A program made the translations under genes and the position numbers. The notes below the pieces were generated by a model that did no database searches, had not been told where the DNA came from, and saw only the letters and a program-made list of their open reading frames with translations. A stretch of 64,000 nucleotides of DNA from the human T2T-CHM13v2.0 reference genome, Homo sapiens: NCBI RefSeq assembly GCF_009914755.1, contig NC_060929.1; one strand, 5' to 3'. Shown here piece after piece: positions 37,961-52,555 of this stretch. Each line of letters starts with the position of its first letter. Position 1 is the first letter of the stretch.

Positions 37961-38164
37961 AAGCTTAGCCCTCTTCCCTGCTTTCAAATAGAACGGTCTA
38001 GTTCCTTCAATGGTTTCAAGTACCATCTAAATGTCTATGATTTATTTTTTAGTCTGGATCTGCTGAGAAGGAGATGTCACAGCAGCATTAGACATGTGTG
38101 GGAAAATATAGGGTGATTTTATCCATTGCCCCAGCTAACACTCGTCACATTCCACGACTGTATG

Positions 38165-38330
38165 TATAATGACTCTGGTTGAACATCTGTCCTTCTTGAT
38201 GGCCTATGAGCAACTTAAGAAGGGTTCATGCTGCTGTCCCTGCCCAGTGTCTAGGACATAAAATGGTCATAGTAGACCCTTGCTTTACTTCTATAGAATA
38301 AGTGAATAAAATGTGCCTAATTGAAAGGAG
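38165..38330 (+). mobile_element. L2 3' end fragment
   Basis: 'cccagtgtctaggacataaaatggtcatagtagaccct...gaataagtgaata'. Confidence 0.45.
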
Positions 38331-38859
38331 GAAATATGAGTCAGCTGTGAAGAAAGATGGGTTTGTCCTACTTTGGGATGTGAAGTCAGGGAAGAATCCA
38401 TCTAAAGCTGAGAGAAGAAGGTGAGGTGCTGTTCCACTGAAATATAGCACCCTTTGCTCCCTGCATAATATGGGCTTATTCTCTGCTCTGTGGGTGCCAA
38501 AATAAAATTTTTTTCTTAGAAAAGGGATAAATTTATCAGCCTCAGCCTTAGCAGAAATAAAACACTGCATTGGGAAAATGTGCTTCCTGCAAAAACAGCA
38601 TGATGGGGTGGGCACTCAGTCCCTTGTGTTCCATTTTCTGTGTGGTTGCTCTGGATTCTTCTGTCTTTGCAGAACCATCCCAGAAGAAGGAACATCATCA
38701 CAAAGGATGTGTGTGGCAGAGAAGGGGGTGAGCCAGGGGCTGGGGGGCTGCAGCCTCTGGTACAGAGAGCTGACTCCAAAACAGTCTTTAAAAGGCCTGG
38801 TTCTACAGGTTCTGCTGAACTAAATGGTGCAAACGTTTCCAGTGACTACTGCCCTGCCT

Positions 38860-38990
38860 ATCTGACACAGCTAGAAGGTGGCTGTCTTCAAGCCAAGAAG
38901 AGAGCCCTCATCAGAAACCGAATGGTGTTTGACTTGATCTTGCACTTCCAGCCTCCAGATCTGTGAGAAGTAAATGTCTGTTGTGTGGTA
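38860..38990 (+). mobile_element. MLT1A/MST 3' LTR fragment (probable tail resumes at 39531-39551)
   Basis: 'aagccaagaagagagccctcatcagaaaccgaa...ttgatcttgcacttccagcctccagatctgtgagaagtaaatgtctgttg'. Confidence 0.8.
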
Positions 38991-39156
38991 ATAACAAAGT
39001 ATTACATTGAGCAAAGTGTGCAATCTAGTGTTTCATGACAATCTAGTGCAATCTAGTGTTGTATCATTTGCTCAGTGTAATACTTTGTTAAAGATTGACA
39101 TAATACTTTGTAATACTTTGTTAAAGATTGACATAATACTTTGTAATACTTTGTTA
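38991..39156. repeat. Complex patchwork insertion: 24-bp inverted repeat, 3 x caatctagtg and a 33-bp tandem duplication
   Basis: Arms 38992-39015 and 39067-39090 (23/24 complementary); tandem copies 39076-39108, 39109-39141 and partial 39142-39156. Confidence 0.92.
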
Positions 39157-39530
39157 TGTCCTGAAAATTCATGTGTTGGAAATGCAGTCTCCATGCAACA
39201 GTGTTGAAAGGTGAGACCTCTAACAGATGATTAGGTAACTAGGGCCCTGCCCTTATGAATGAGTTAATTCTGTTGTTGTGGGAGTGAGCTCATTATCTCA
39301 GGAGAGGGTTTATTATAAAAGGAAGAGCTGGACCCCTTCTCTCTCTCTCCCACCCTTTCTTTCCCTCTTACCTTCTGCATGTTTTGATAAGCAAGAAGAC
39401 CCTCACTAGATGTTGGTCCCTCTCTCTTGGACTTCCTAGCCTTTAGAACCATGAGCCAATTAGTTTCTGTCCATTATAAATCACTAAGCCTACAGTATTC
39501 TGTTATAGAGTCACAGAATAGACTAAAACA
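39157..39530 (+). mobile_element. MSTB/MSTC-like LTR lacking its 5' terminus
   Basis: 'aaattcatgtgttggaaat...gccctgcccttatgaatgagttaat...gcaagaagaccctcactagatg...tattctgttatag...gactaaaaca'. Confidence 0.85.
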
Positions 39531-42500
39531 CAAGCCAAGGCAGCTAAGACACTATCCCACTCCTACGTCTGAGCAAGAGTGAGGCAACACTGTCCCACTG
39601 TCCACTGTTGTTCATCAACAGTGAGGCTTCAGCAGCCCATGAAGCCTACAGAGGAGCCTGTGCCCACCTCACCATGTCACAAGTGCCTAGGATCCACTCC
39701 AGGTATTGGCTGGACAGGGAGACACATGGAGGTGTGGGACACATGAACCTGCCCTCAGAAAGTACACAGGCTATACAGACACTGAACAAACATCTTCATT
39801 CAATTGTAAAAGTGCCTCTGAAGGAAACGGGTTGCATGGGCCGGGGGAGAGTGTTAACCAGAAATCTGACCTAATGAGAGAAACCAAGAAGGGCTCCAGG
39901 GCAACTGAGCTGCGATAAGTCAAGAGTGAGTGAGGGCAGAGTGCTCTATGAAGCGAGGCAGCAAGAGGAAGTCCTTGGAGCAGGAAGAGTCACAACACAG
40001 AGTGACTCTGCCCAGAGGTTGACCTGTGTGCACTTAGGTCAGACCCATGGCCAATGGGTGCAAAGCAAGGAACAAGCATTGCTAAGGGAGATGCCTCAGC
40101 CAGAGCCGTGTGTCATTCTGGGCTCCATGTCCAAAGAGGAACATTGTCAAATTAGCAGGACTCCAGAAATTGAGTGCCTGGGATCATGAAGGACTCTATA
40201 TGAGTGGTTAATTATAAAACTTATAAGAGGCTGAATAATCCTTAAGAAGGGAGTGTTCAATAGAGGCTGAGTCACCAGAAGTCAGAAAGGTTTTTGTTCA
40301 TGAATAGAGTGCCAAATTTAAAATGAGGCCTTTGCCTGCAAATCCAAATCTAAGATTCTTCTTTGGTAAATTCACATATATAATTTTGCATGATTATATA
40401 TAGGATTAAACAATGAAAATCCATGGGGTCTTGAGACTTTTCCCTCTCTTTAGCCTCTAAGAACACATGGCTACATATACATTGATGAAGATATGGCAAA
40501 ATGTCTTCCTTGCCTTCCAAAATAGCCTTTTGAAGTTGACAGCATTTGCGTTTCCCCTGGGTTGTAACCAAGCACGCACTTCCTTCCATGGTTTCCTTGC
40601 AGGGCCCCCTTACTATCTGAGGCCAGGTAATGCACAGGAAAGGGCCCTCAGGTGTCAGAGAAGACCAACTGCTGGTTCAGGTCAGCTGCAGATTTGCTGT
40701 TCTGAACTTGAGCAGGCATTTTCCTTATATGTAGAAAGATGAAACTCAGATGCAATGTCTCAGCCTTTCATTTTAACTTAGTGCTGCAGCAGCTCAACTT
40801 TCCAGTTTCATGTATTCTTTCCACCTCAGTCCTACCCACTTCCAAAGGGTACCTACTTCCAAAGAGCACAGCCCAGGAAAGACTTAAGACCTGACAGTAC
40901 GTGACTTCATGGGAGCAGGTGAGATCAACCAGCATGCTCCTTCAAATTTGCCTCTGACCTTGAGAGAGACCCTTTGTGTTTCTTATTGTGAGAGGAAGAA
41001 GTTGTTACATTTGTTCCTCTGAGCCTGGGATTCAAAAGTGTCAATTAAAGTAATGTTTAAATCTAGTGTTGTACCATTTGCTCAATGTGATATTTGTTTT
41101 ATATAATACAAAAATAAAATATTTTAAGTTAGATTTTTACAAAATAAAGTTTGCTGAGGATCTCTGAGATACTAATGATCTGGAGAATACTCATCTCCTG
41201 TGCTGGACTTGTGATTCTAGTGAGACAATTAGGAGTCTCTGGTGCATGGACTCCTGGCTCTCTCCAATCTCAGTTGAAAACACAGCTCTCTCCACAGAAC
41301 CTAAGTTCCCCTGATTGTCCTATTACAGAAGAGCATGGATTGAAGAAAGCAGCCTTTAGGTTTGATCATTTAATGCATTACTGTCATGGAAAGACATTTC
41401 TAATAGTGGGCTTTTTTTTAGAGAATCTGTGTCATGGGCAGACGTGTTTGGAGGTGGGGCTTGATTTGAGATCCTGCCATTTACCTGTTCTAACTGCACT
41501 TCCCTGGTGTGGAGAAAGAATTCTCTCCATTATCCACAGACTACTGGGACTTGAGTAAACCAGGGGTGTTCAAGCTTTCTACAATGGCAGCTTAAACGTG
41601 AACTTTTAAGAGGCTTTGACATTTTCCACAGTGCCACTGGCAGATGGACACGAATGTGCACACTGGGATCTGGAGTTGCCTTCTGCTCAGATTCCACCGG
41701 CTCCAGTCACATGGCCTTAGATTGTGCTGCTTTGCTCTGCTAGAGCTTGCTTCCTGAGCTGTAAAAGCAAGATGACTTAAGGAGGGTAGGGAGCCCATTC
41801 GCTCAAGGCTTTGGGCTATGTAGCCTTAGCAGCAAATACCAGGCTGGCCACCTGGCTTCTGGCTGGGAGGCATCATGTCAACATCATCGATGTAATACAT
41901 AACTGAGGCTCCACTCTTTCCTCCTGGGCTTCTTGGGCAAAGTAATTGCTAAGAACACCTTTTAAAGGTGCAATGACAGCTGTGTTGTGAGACATAACAC
42001 AGTTCACACTTTTTCCAGATTCACCACTACTTAGTTTAATGAGAGATGCATTGAAAAGACTGTTATAGGAAATCTTAATAATATAAAAATGAGGTTTATA
42101 CAATTACAGAGCTTGATGTTGTGCAAGTTCGAGTGCTGTCTTCTCTGTCAGAGGGCAAGCCACAGGATGTAGAAGCCTGTGATGGATAGACTTGTGGTGA
42201 GAGAGGCTGAGGAGATTTTTATGTGAGGAAGGCATGTGCCACCCCATTAAAATCCACCGATCGCAAAACTGAATTCTTCAAATGCTTTGCATATCTACTC
42301 TGTAAAAAAAAACAAAAAAACAAGTGATGACTTCAAAGCCTTCAATCAGGAAGGTTTCCTTAGACCAGCCTCTAAGGCACATGCCTGGGTGCGTTGAGCT
42401 CTGAACTTGACATGTTGGGATGGAAAACATCTCTCTGTTCTAAATGCACCTCCCAGTCTTGTTCCAGGTGTATCTCTGATGAAAGAAGTTTTGTCAAGGA

Positions 42501-45500
42501 ATCGTGATGCTGTTGGGGACTGAAGGTATGATTCTAGTGAGAAAATTAGAAGTACTTTGCTTAGGAATAAATTTAAATTATTGTGAGATAAACACTTTGC
42601 ATTTATTACTTTGAATATTATATAGAACACTAGACACATTTATTTTTTCTTCGTGTTATGGATAATTATTAATTCAGTATTAGCAGAGGCAAAAAAAGTC
42701 CAATTGAAATACTACCCAGTTTTTTATTTGGCAATACAATGATGTTATATAACGTTTTAACAATCCAGCTATAGAGGGAGAACAGGGGAAAGAATGAACA
42801 TGGCATTACAATTTAATTCCAGCCCATGTTTATCCCATAAAGGTTCCCAAGGTCTTGGGTTCCACTGGGCTTTCCCTGACCACCTAGGAGGACCATGGCC
42901 ACACAGCACGTATCCCATCTGTCTGAGAATATTCCTTGAGATGAATGGAGCCCGAGTTCACAGGAAGTAGAGATGAGGGGGCGGAAGAGGGAGCCCGGTG
43001 AAATTCAACAAAGCAAGTATAAATCAAATGTCTATTTTCTTCAGAGGAAAAATGAGGAGAAAGCACCAATTTCAGCAGGCCAAATGCTCTAAAGACTCTC
43101 CTCCGTAAAGCTCTATTTTTATATATCCCTATTGCACATGTAGCACATGAAAACAAAATTGTGCTCTGCTAAGCAAATGGGCTTATATGCCACATCCTCC
43201 ATCACTATGACAGAAGAAAATGAAATTCCTTAAACAATGGTTACGTTTCAACATTCAGTATTAACTGGTTTTCACTAGTGTTGCTGAGACATATTTCTAA
43301 GTTCTATTTATAATAAGATAACTCTTTTACCATCTGAGGAAACTTCTAGATAAAAAGCTCTCACAAACACCTAAACAGGTTAGTATTGTGTTTCATTTTA
43401 TTTTCCCCTTGAAATGTCCTGGTTGTCCTGTATCCTGGAAGAATAAGCAGGGGAGACCAGCGTGCCCAGAGGCCAGGTAAATGCCACTCTTCCCAATATT
43501 CCGGGCCTTCAGGGAGAAGCCATGCCTCTCTGGGTCTTGCATAGGAATCAAACACAAGGCTTCAGTTCTCTGATCTTTTCTTTAAAATCAACAAACCCCT
43601 CTTCACTTGCTATTTGTGAGACATTGCAGAAGTTTAAATCTTTGCTGCTTGTTTTCATCATTGCTTGCTCTGCATGTGGGAGTGAGAAAAAGATAGTTGC
43701 TATTACTGTTTCCTTTATCTGTTACCTGGGCCCACATCATAACGTAATGCAGTCTCAGGAAACGGCCTACGTGAAGTGTGACAGCAGCTCATGTTTCAGG
43801 GTTCCAGAAGAAAAGGCATTTTCACCAGCGCCATGAGAGCTGTTATGGAGCACATGGTGACAGCAACATCAAGTCAGTAAACGAATTAAAGCTGCAGGAA
43901 CTTAGAGATCTTTGTTTAGAAATTATTCAACCATTTGATTTTTGAGTATTCAATATACAAAAAAAGCAAACGAAAATGTAAATTTGTAGTGTCTTTCCAT
44001 CTTTATGTAGGACTTCAGACTTTTCCGCAAGTCTTTCCAAAGGCAGAGAAGGCTACAAGAAAAAAAAGTAGCATTTCTACCTGTCAGGATTGCCTGTGGA
44101 TCTGGCCCAGGCCCCAGGTCCACTGTGGTGCCAGACACGCAGACATGGAGTTCATCCTTCTGAAACACTAGGACCGGGAAGAAATGATCAGAACAAGCCA
44201 AGGGTCCTCCCAGATGACAATCAACCAAATTTGAGAGAGGATAACTTCACAGGTGCTATAGAAGCCAGCCAACATCCTAAAACCTGAACTGGCATTTAAC
44301 TGGCACCATATGAATGATCCAGGGGGTCTAGAAAGGGGTGTTTGGTTTAATTCTCTTCTGTCATAGAGCTGGCCTTGCAAATCAGTGCCCTGAATTGAGG
44401 AAGCTTCTATTTTTCACTCCCAATCATTCTGGTAATGGCTGACTTTCTACCATTAAACAGGCAGAAACTGGTTTGTCAAGCTTTCTATTTCTTTGAAAGC
44501 TCCTTCTTAAATATAACTCCCATTGATAGGTGAAACCCCATAAACCTTACTTAGACAGTTACTTCTGAGAGTCACATAATGGGATTTAATTCCTTAAATA
44601 AATAGGTTACAATTTGCACTTAGTTCAATGGAGGTAGAATTTGTATATTTGAGACAGGAAATGAGATGAAAGGTTTGAAAGTCAGGTGAGATTCCTGATA
44701 TTTAGTATTTTTTATTGAGATATAACTCATTTACTATACAATTCTCTCATTTAAAGTGTATAATTCAATAGTGTTTAGTACACTCAGAGTTGGGCAACCA
44801 TCGCCACAATCAACTTTAGGAAGTTATCACCACCCCAAAAAGAAAAGCTGTATCCATGATCAGTCACTTCTCATTCTTCCCCAGCCTCCCCCAACTCATC
44901 CCTAGGTGGCCATTAATCTACTTTTTGTTTCTATAGATTTGTATCTGCTGGAAATTTGTTAAGTTTTATCATGAAGTAGGTGGTCTTTCATGACTCGCTT
45001 CTTTCATTTAGCATAATGTTTTCAAGGTTCATTCCTGTCGTAGCCTGCTTCTGTCTTTCATTTATTTTGTTGCTGAGTAATATTCTGCTGTAAAGATACA
45101 TCACATTTTATGTAACCATTCATCAATTGATGAACATTCAGGTTGTTTTCACTTTTTGGTGATTATAAATAATGCTGCTGTGAACACTCATGTACAAGTT
45201 TCTGAGTGGATATATTTTTATTTGTATTGGGTATATACCTATCCATCACTTCTTAAGAAACTGCCAGATGTCTGCTGTTGTACATTCCCCAATGCACAAT
45301 GGTGAATGAAGATTCCAATTTCTCCATATTCTTACTCATAATTATTATGTTTTTTTAATTATAGCCATTCTCGTGAGTATAAAGTGGTTTTTATTTGCAT
45401 TCTCTGACAGCTAATGATGTTGAGCGTCTTTTCATTTGGATGTTGGCCATTTGTATGTCTTCTTTGGAGAAAATTCTACTGGAATACTTTGTCCATTTTA

Positions 45501-48500
45501 AAAATTGAGTTATTTATCTTCTTATTCTTGAGTTATGTGTTTTTTATTAAACGTATTCTATATAGAAGTCCTTTGTCACATATATAAATTACAAACGTTT
45601 TCTCTTTCTGCAGGTTCTTTTTTTGTTTTTACTTTATTGACAGCATCTTTCAAAGCAAAAGTGTTTTAAATTTTAACAAAATACAATTAATCTATTTTTT
45701 TCTTTTGCTGTTTATGCTTTTGGTGTGATATATAAGAAACTATTTCCTAGTGCGAGATCATGTTTCTTCTAAAGGTTTTGTAGTTTTAGCTCTTACCTTC
45801 AGGGCTTTGATTCATCTTGAGTTCATATATTTTATATATATGAGATGGGGATCCAAATTCATTCTTTTGCATGTAGAGATCCAGTTGTCTCAGAATCATT
45901 TGTTAAATACCATTGTCTCCTTCTTAAGTTGCCTTGCACTCATTGAAAAAGCAATTGACAACATGTGTTAGGGTTTTTTGGACTCTTAATTCTACTTCAT
46001 TGATTACTTGTCTTGATTACTATAGCATTGTATTAAGATTTAAAATTGGGAATTGTTCTCTTACAATACAAGATTGTTTTGGATATTCTGGGTTCCTAGA
46101 ATTTCCATATGAATTTTAGGAGAAGCTTTCTGAATTCCCCAAAAACCCAGGTAGAATTTTGATAGGGATTTATTGATTGTGTGGCTCAATTTGAGAAATA
46201 TTACATCTTAACAATATTAAGTCTTCTGACCCATGATCATGGGATGTTTCCCAATTATTTAGGTCTTCTTTAATTTCTTTCAATAATGTTTTATAGTTTT
46301 CAGAATATAAGTTTTAGATTTCCTTTGATAATTTTATAAGCATTTTATTTTTTATAATACTAGTGTAAATTGAATTTTTAAATTTATTTTAAGATTGTTC
46401 ATTGAAAGTGTGTATAAATAAAATTGATTCTTGTATATTAAGCTTGTATCCTACATCCTTGCTGAACTCATTTATTTCAATAGCTTTTAGTGGATTTCTT
46501 AGGATTTAGTATATACAAGATAATGTCATCTTCAAACAGAGACAGTTTTACTTCTTTTTAATCTGGATGCATTATAGGTCATTTTCTTATGCAACTCTCT
46601 TGGCTAGGACCTCTCATATAATGTTGAATGAAAGTGGTGAGAATAGATGTTCTTGTTCTGTTCTTGATCTTAAAGGGAAGGAATTCAGTGTTTCACTGTT
46701 AAGTGTGATGCTATGTGTGGGTTTCTCACAGATGCCCTTTATCAAGTTGAAAAAGTTGCCTTCAATTCCCAGTTATTTGAATGTTGTAATCATGAAGGGG
46801 TGTTGTATTTTGTCAAGGGTTTTCTCTGTATCTATTGACAAGATCATGTGGGATTTTGTCTTTATTCAATATATCAACAGCATTAATTGAATTTCTTACG
46901 TTAAACAAATCTTACATTTCTAGGTAAATCCCATTGATCATTATGTGAAATTCTTTTTATATATTTCTGGATCCAGTTTGCCAGTGTTTTATGAGGATTT
47001 TTCCATCTACATTCTTAAGATTTTCTTTCTGAGTTTGATATCAGGATAATATTGGTCTCATAGAATGAATTTAGAAGGGCCTTCATTCCTACTGTCTTCT
47101 ACTTTTGGAGGAGAGATTGTGAAAAATTAAAGTCAATTCTCCTTTAAATGTTTGGTAGAATTAATCAGTGCAGCCATTTGGCCTTGGGATTTTCTTTGCT
47201 AGAACATTTTTGATTGCTAACTCAACCTTTTTACTTTTTATAGGTCTACTAAGATTTTCTATTTCTTCCTAAGTTTCAGTAGTTTATATGTCTCTAGGAA
47301 TTTATCCATTTCATCTGTGTTATCCAATTTGTTGGTGTATAATTGTCCATAGTATGTCATTAAAATCACTTTTACTTATGTAAAGTTGGTAGTAATTTTT
47401 CTCTTTTACTTCTGATTTGAAGCATTTTAGTTTTCTCTGTTTTTCTGGGTCAGTCTAACTAACTAAGGGTTTGTCAATTTAGTTAACTTTTTCAAAGTTC
47501 CAATTTTTGGTTTATTTGATTTTTTTTCTATCTCTGGTTCAAGTATTTCTGCTCTAATCTTTCTCATTTTTGGGAGGTTTTGCTTTTGGTTTAGTTTGCT
47601 ATTCTTCTTCTAGTTTTTTTTAAGGTGGAATTTTTAACTGTTGATATGAGATATTTCTCATGTAATTGTAGGCATTTACTGTTATAAATTTTCCTCTGAG
47701 TACAGCTTTCACTGCATCCCATAAGTTTTACTATGTGTTAATATTTGTTTTTATTTATCTCAAACTATTTCCTGATTTTGCTTGTGATTTATTGCTTTAC
47801 TGCTTGTTATTTAAGAATGTGTTGTTTAATATCAGACTTGTGGCTTTTCCAAATTTCTTTTTGTTATTAATTTCTATCATTTGAAATTGATCATTGAGAT
47901 CAGAGGAGATATTTTCTGTGATTTCAATCTTTTACATCTATTGAGACTTGTTTTATGGCCTGACATTTGATCTGTCCTAGAGAATGTTACACGTGCACTT
48001 GAAAAGAATTTATATTGCTGTCACTGGGCGGAGTGTCCTACAGATGTTCATTAGGTCTAGTTAGTAAGCAGTGTTGTTCAAGTCTTCTATTTCCTTGGTG
48101 ATTTTCTGTCTAGAATTCTATACATTGTCAAGTATTAAAGTGTGCAACTATTATTGTTGACTTGCCTATTTTACCCTTCAATTCTCATAGTTTTTGCTCT
48201 ATGCAATTCAGAGTTTGTTTTTAGGTGCATATATGTCTATAATTGTTCTATGTTCTTGATGGATTGACATTTTTTATCTAAAATGTCTTTGTCTCTAGCA
48301 ACAATTTTGTTCTAAAGTTTATTTTTTCTGATATTAGTATGGCCACTTCACCTCTCTATTGGTTACTATTTTCATAGTACATCTTTTCCATACTTTTACT
48401 TTCAGCCTATTTGTGTCATTTTAACTAAAGTCTCTTATCAACAACATATAGTTGGATAATAATTTTCATCCTTCAAAATTCTCTGATTTTTAATTGAAAC

Positions 48501-49293
48501 TTTTATTCTAATCACATTTCATGTTATTCTTGATAACATGAAATTCTTGATGGTTGGATTTATGTCTTGATAGTTGGATTTATTCTTGATAGTTGGATTT
48601 ATGTCTACCATTTTACTTTTGGTTTCTGTGTCACACAATTTTATTTCTCTATTCTTTAATACTTTCACATTGAGTGAATAGCTTCTAGTGTAACATTTTC
48701 ATTTATTTAATGATTTTTTACCATTTTTAGTTATGTTCTCAGTAATTGTTCTACAGCTTACCATGTATACTTTAACTTATGAGAATCTATTTGTGATGTT
48801 TACTAACTTAACTCCACTGAGATATGAAAATACTACTCTTATATAGTGCCATTTTTTTCTTCTTTTTATTGTGCTATCATTGTTATACATCCTACAACTA
48901 TATATACTACAAACCTAACAATACATAGTTAAAATTATTGCTTTAAATAATTTTATATTTATTATTAAGAAGTTGGGACAAGAAAGGAGAACATGTATGT
49001 TGCAGCATTTGCTAAATTACACTTCTCATTTATTATTTCTGGCCCTCTTCATTTGTTCTGTGGGTTCATATTATTGTCTGCTATTATTTCCTTACTACAA
49101 TGCATCTTTGTTCCCATACACTCCTTTCAAGCTGTTATTGTCAAAAATATTGCATTTCTATATTATATGGACCCAATAAGGCAATCATATACATGCTACT
49201 TTGTACGGTTGCTTTTTAAATCAGTTCAGAGGACAAGAAATATGTACTTATATTGTCTATCATAATTAATTACCCGTAACAATGCTCTTTGGG

Positions 49294-49349
49294 GTGTGTG
49301 TGTTTGTGTGTGCATGTGTGTGTGTGTGTGCGTGTGTGCGTGTGTATGT
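49294..49349. repeat. Imperfect (TG)n microsatellite
   Basis: Read directly. Confidence 0.92.
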
Positions 49350-49817
49350 AAGTCAAGTACTGTCTGGGCTCACTAGCATTCAGCCTGAACAGCTTCCTTT
49401 AGTATTTTTTGGAAGGCAAGTTTGCTAGTGATGAATTATCACAATTGTGCTCATCTCAGAATGTCTTTACCTTCAATTTTGAAAGACAGTTTTGCGATAC
49501 ATAGGATTCTTGGTTAACCTTTTTTTTTTCTTTTGGCACTTAAAAATGCCATCTCACTGTCTTCTAGTCTTCACAATGTCTGATGAGAAGTGAGTTATTA
49601 ACCTCACTGGGCTTCCCTTCACTTGACAAATCATTTTTCTTCTACTGCTTTCAAGATTTTCTTCTTGCCTTTAAATTTTTTTGAATTTTTGCTATGATGT
49701 GTCTGGGCACGAATGTGTTTGGGTTTATCCTGCTTAGAGTTCATTGGGATTTTGAATATTTCCATTAACGTTTTTTATTAAATTTGAAATATTTTTAGTC
49801 CTTCTTTCTTCAAATAA

Positions 49818-50171
<354 letters not shown>

Positions 50172-51215
50172 AATATGTTGTGTGCTTAATCATGCTCCAA
50201 ATTTCTCTCAGAATCTGTTCATTTTCATTCACTCTCTTTTCAATTTGCTTTTCACACTGTATAATCACTATCAATCTATCTTCAAGTTCACAGATTCTTT
50301 CTGCTGCCAGTTCTAAATACTCTTTAGTCCCTCTAATTCATCTTTCCTTTAGGTTATTACACTTTTAATCTCCATAATTTTCATTAGTTTCTTTAAAAAT
50401 AATTCCTACTTTTTATTTATATTTTCTGTTTGATGAGACATTGCCATTATAGCTTTCTTAATTCATTAAGTGTGGTTGACTTTAGTTCTTTGAACATAGT
50501 ATTTAAGGCTACTGTAACATCTCTGTCAATTTCAACATCTAGGCCTTCTAACAGACAGTAGTATTTTGTTCCCTGCTTTTTTGTTTTTGTTTTTCTGTGT
50601 ACATCACATTTTTCTGTTTCTTTGCATCTTCTATTTTTGATTGAAAACATAACTTTTCAGGTAATATATTGCAGCAGCTCCTCCTCACTTCTGGGCATAT
50701 TTTTGTTGCCATTTCCTTATGTATTTATTTGTGGCCTGAGCTAGACTCTTTTAGTAACATTTATTTCGTCCATGATGTGAAGCCTCTGATGCTGTCCTTA
50801 CAGTCTTGGACATTCACCCGGTCACCCTCAGGTAACAGTGGCTTAAAGAGGTTCTCACTGCCTGTTTCTTCCTCTCATCTCTCTGTCAAGCTGTCAGCTT
50901 TGTTTGGATAATACCCAGCTGTTTGCCTCCCTTAGTTGCCAGCTGATTGCTCTCATTTTTGGCAGTGGACGAGTGCATAGGTTGTTCCACAGCCGGATTC
51001 TATCAAATGCCTGCAATGGGTTTTTGAAGCCAGTCTTCTAGGTTTCTTCTGACCCCAAGAGGGCTCCTCTCATTTATCTCTTCCCCTATTTCTCTATGAT
51101 AAACTAACTAGCCTATGGTCCATCCGGTTTTTAATTAAGAGGAGCTACCAGGCTCCCCACCAAAATCTCCATTATTTTCACAAGTCCACTTAGGCTTGAA
51201 CTTCTCTACACTCTG

Positions 51216-51220
51216 TAAAA

Positions 51221-51251
<31 letters not shown>

Positions 51252-51256
51252 AATAA
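51216..51256. repeat. (TAAA)n microsatellite
   Basis: About 9-10 units read directly. Confidence 0.93.
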
Positions 51257-52404
51257 TTTCCTTTGGCGAGAGACTTGCAGCTATCTTTCCTTCTGTACTG
51301 TGCCTCCCTCTGGGAAAGTCTCTGAGCCCCTGCTCTGGAGTTGGTGGAGGGACAGTGGCCCTCTTTTCCCTGAGTGACATCCCTGCTTTATGATCAGGGG
51401 TGGTAGCCTATGGCCTCCTCAGCTTCCTCTCAGAATTAAACCCTTGCCCTGTGGACACACTGGGCTGAGGGTTGTTGGGGGCCCCGTCTGTGGCAGCACA
51501 GCTTTCCCATGCATGAAGGCTGATTGAAGGATGGGAGCCCCTGCCCACTCAGCCACCCTCGCCAGAAATGTAGCTTCTTCATCTCAGAGTTGGGGATGAG
51601 AAATGCTCATGGCTGTCTCCTCCCAGGGGGATACCACAGCCCTTGTCTGAGGGCTGAGGGATGAGGAATGGATGAGGAAGCTCATCTTCATGGCCACACC
51701 TTCCTGGAGGGGAGGTTCCATCAAGCTTTGCTAGGGAGAGTAAGTGGTGGCTCAAATGCACAGATCTTACTTTTCTCACCAAAATCTAGCAGTCTCCTGA
51801 CTGAATTTTTCTTCACCTGTTTTACATCCTGAGGACAATTTCCTGACTTTAAATGATCATTATTGTGTTGTTCTTTAATGATTTTCAGCAGTTACGGTGT
51901 GTCCCTGGGGAGAGGGTCCATGGTCTCCTTTTGCTGCCACTCTGGACCATGACTTTTAGTCTTAATTGCACTCCAGAGCATGATCCTTATTGACCTGAGC
52001 AAGCTTTGAGAAGGTTGTGGAAAGCACTGGTGAATTCTGGAAGAAAGTGGCCCTGGGGTGGGTGTGCTGGTGCTGGGACCAACATGTGCCCCTTAGCGAC
52101 AGCTAGAGGGAGGCCTCACTCGAGACAGAGGCTGTGCTGGCTGTCCAAAACCTCTTCTGAGCCTGGGTGATCTCTGTAAGACACATTTTCAGCTGCTCCA
52201 CCTCAGCTGTCCCCACCCAGGCCCTGTGCTGACAGGACACTTCTGCTTCAGGGGGAAAGTCCTGTTCAGGGTGCAAACTATGCCTGCCTCATCTTTCTAC
52301 TATGACAAGCCCAGTATAGAGTTCCACACCAATAGATGTTGCTCCCACAGGGCTAGAATTCACAGTGACAGCTAAGTGCCTTGCCCTGTATCCCCTCCTC
52401 CAAA

Positions 52405-52530
52405 ACTCCCGTAATTCTAAGAGTTAGGTACTAGATATGCCTATTTTACAGATGAAGAATTGAGGCAGAGGGATGTTAAAGCAAATCTACCAGATCATAG
52501 TGAATGCATGAGTCAGAGTGGGCCAGGAGA
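52405..52530 (-). mobile_element. MIR fragment
   Basis: Core 'cctattttacagatgaagaattgaggcagag'. Confidence 0.8.
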
Positions 52531-52555
52531 GGGGTAATTACCAGCACAAAGTACC

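Noticed and set aside
41561-41640. caggggtgttcaa start resembling a hAT/Charlie terminal repeat
   Set aside because: I could not find the matching opposite terminus or an 8-bp TSD.
45750-48500. L1 ORF2 as an active reverse transcriptase gene
   Set aside because: No long ORF on the L1 sense (minus) strand; the element is heavily decayed.
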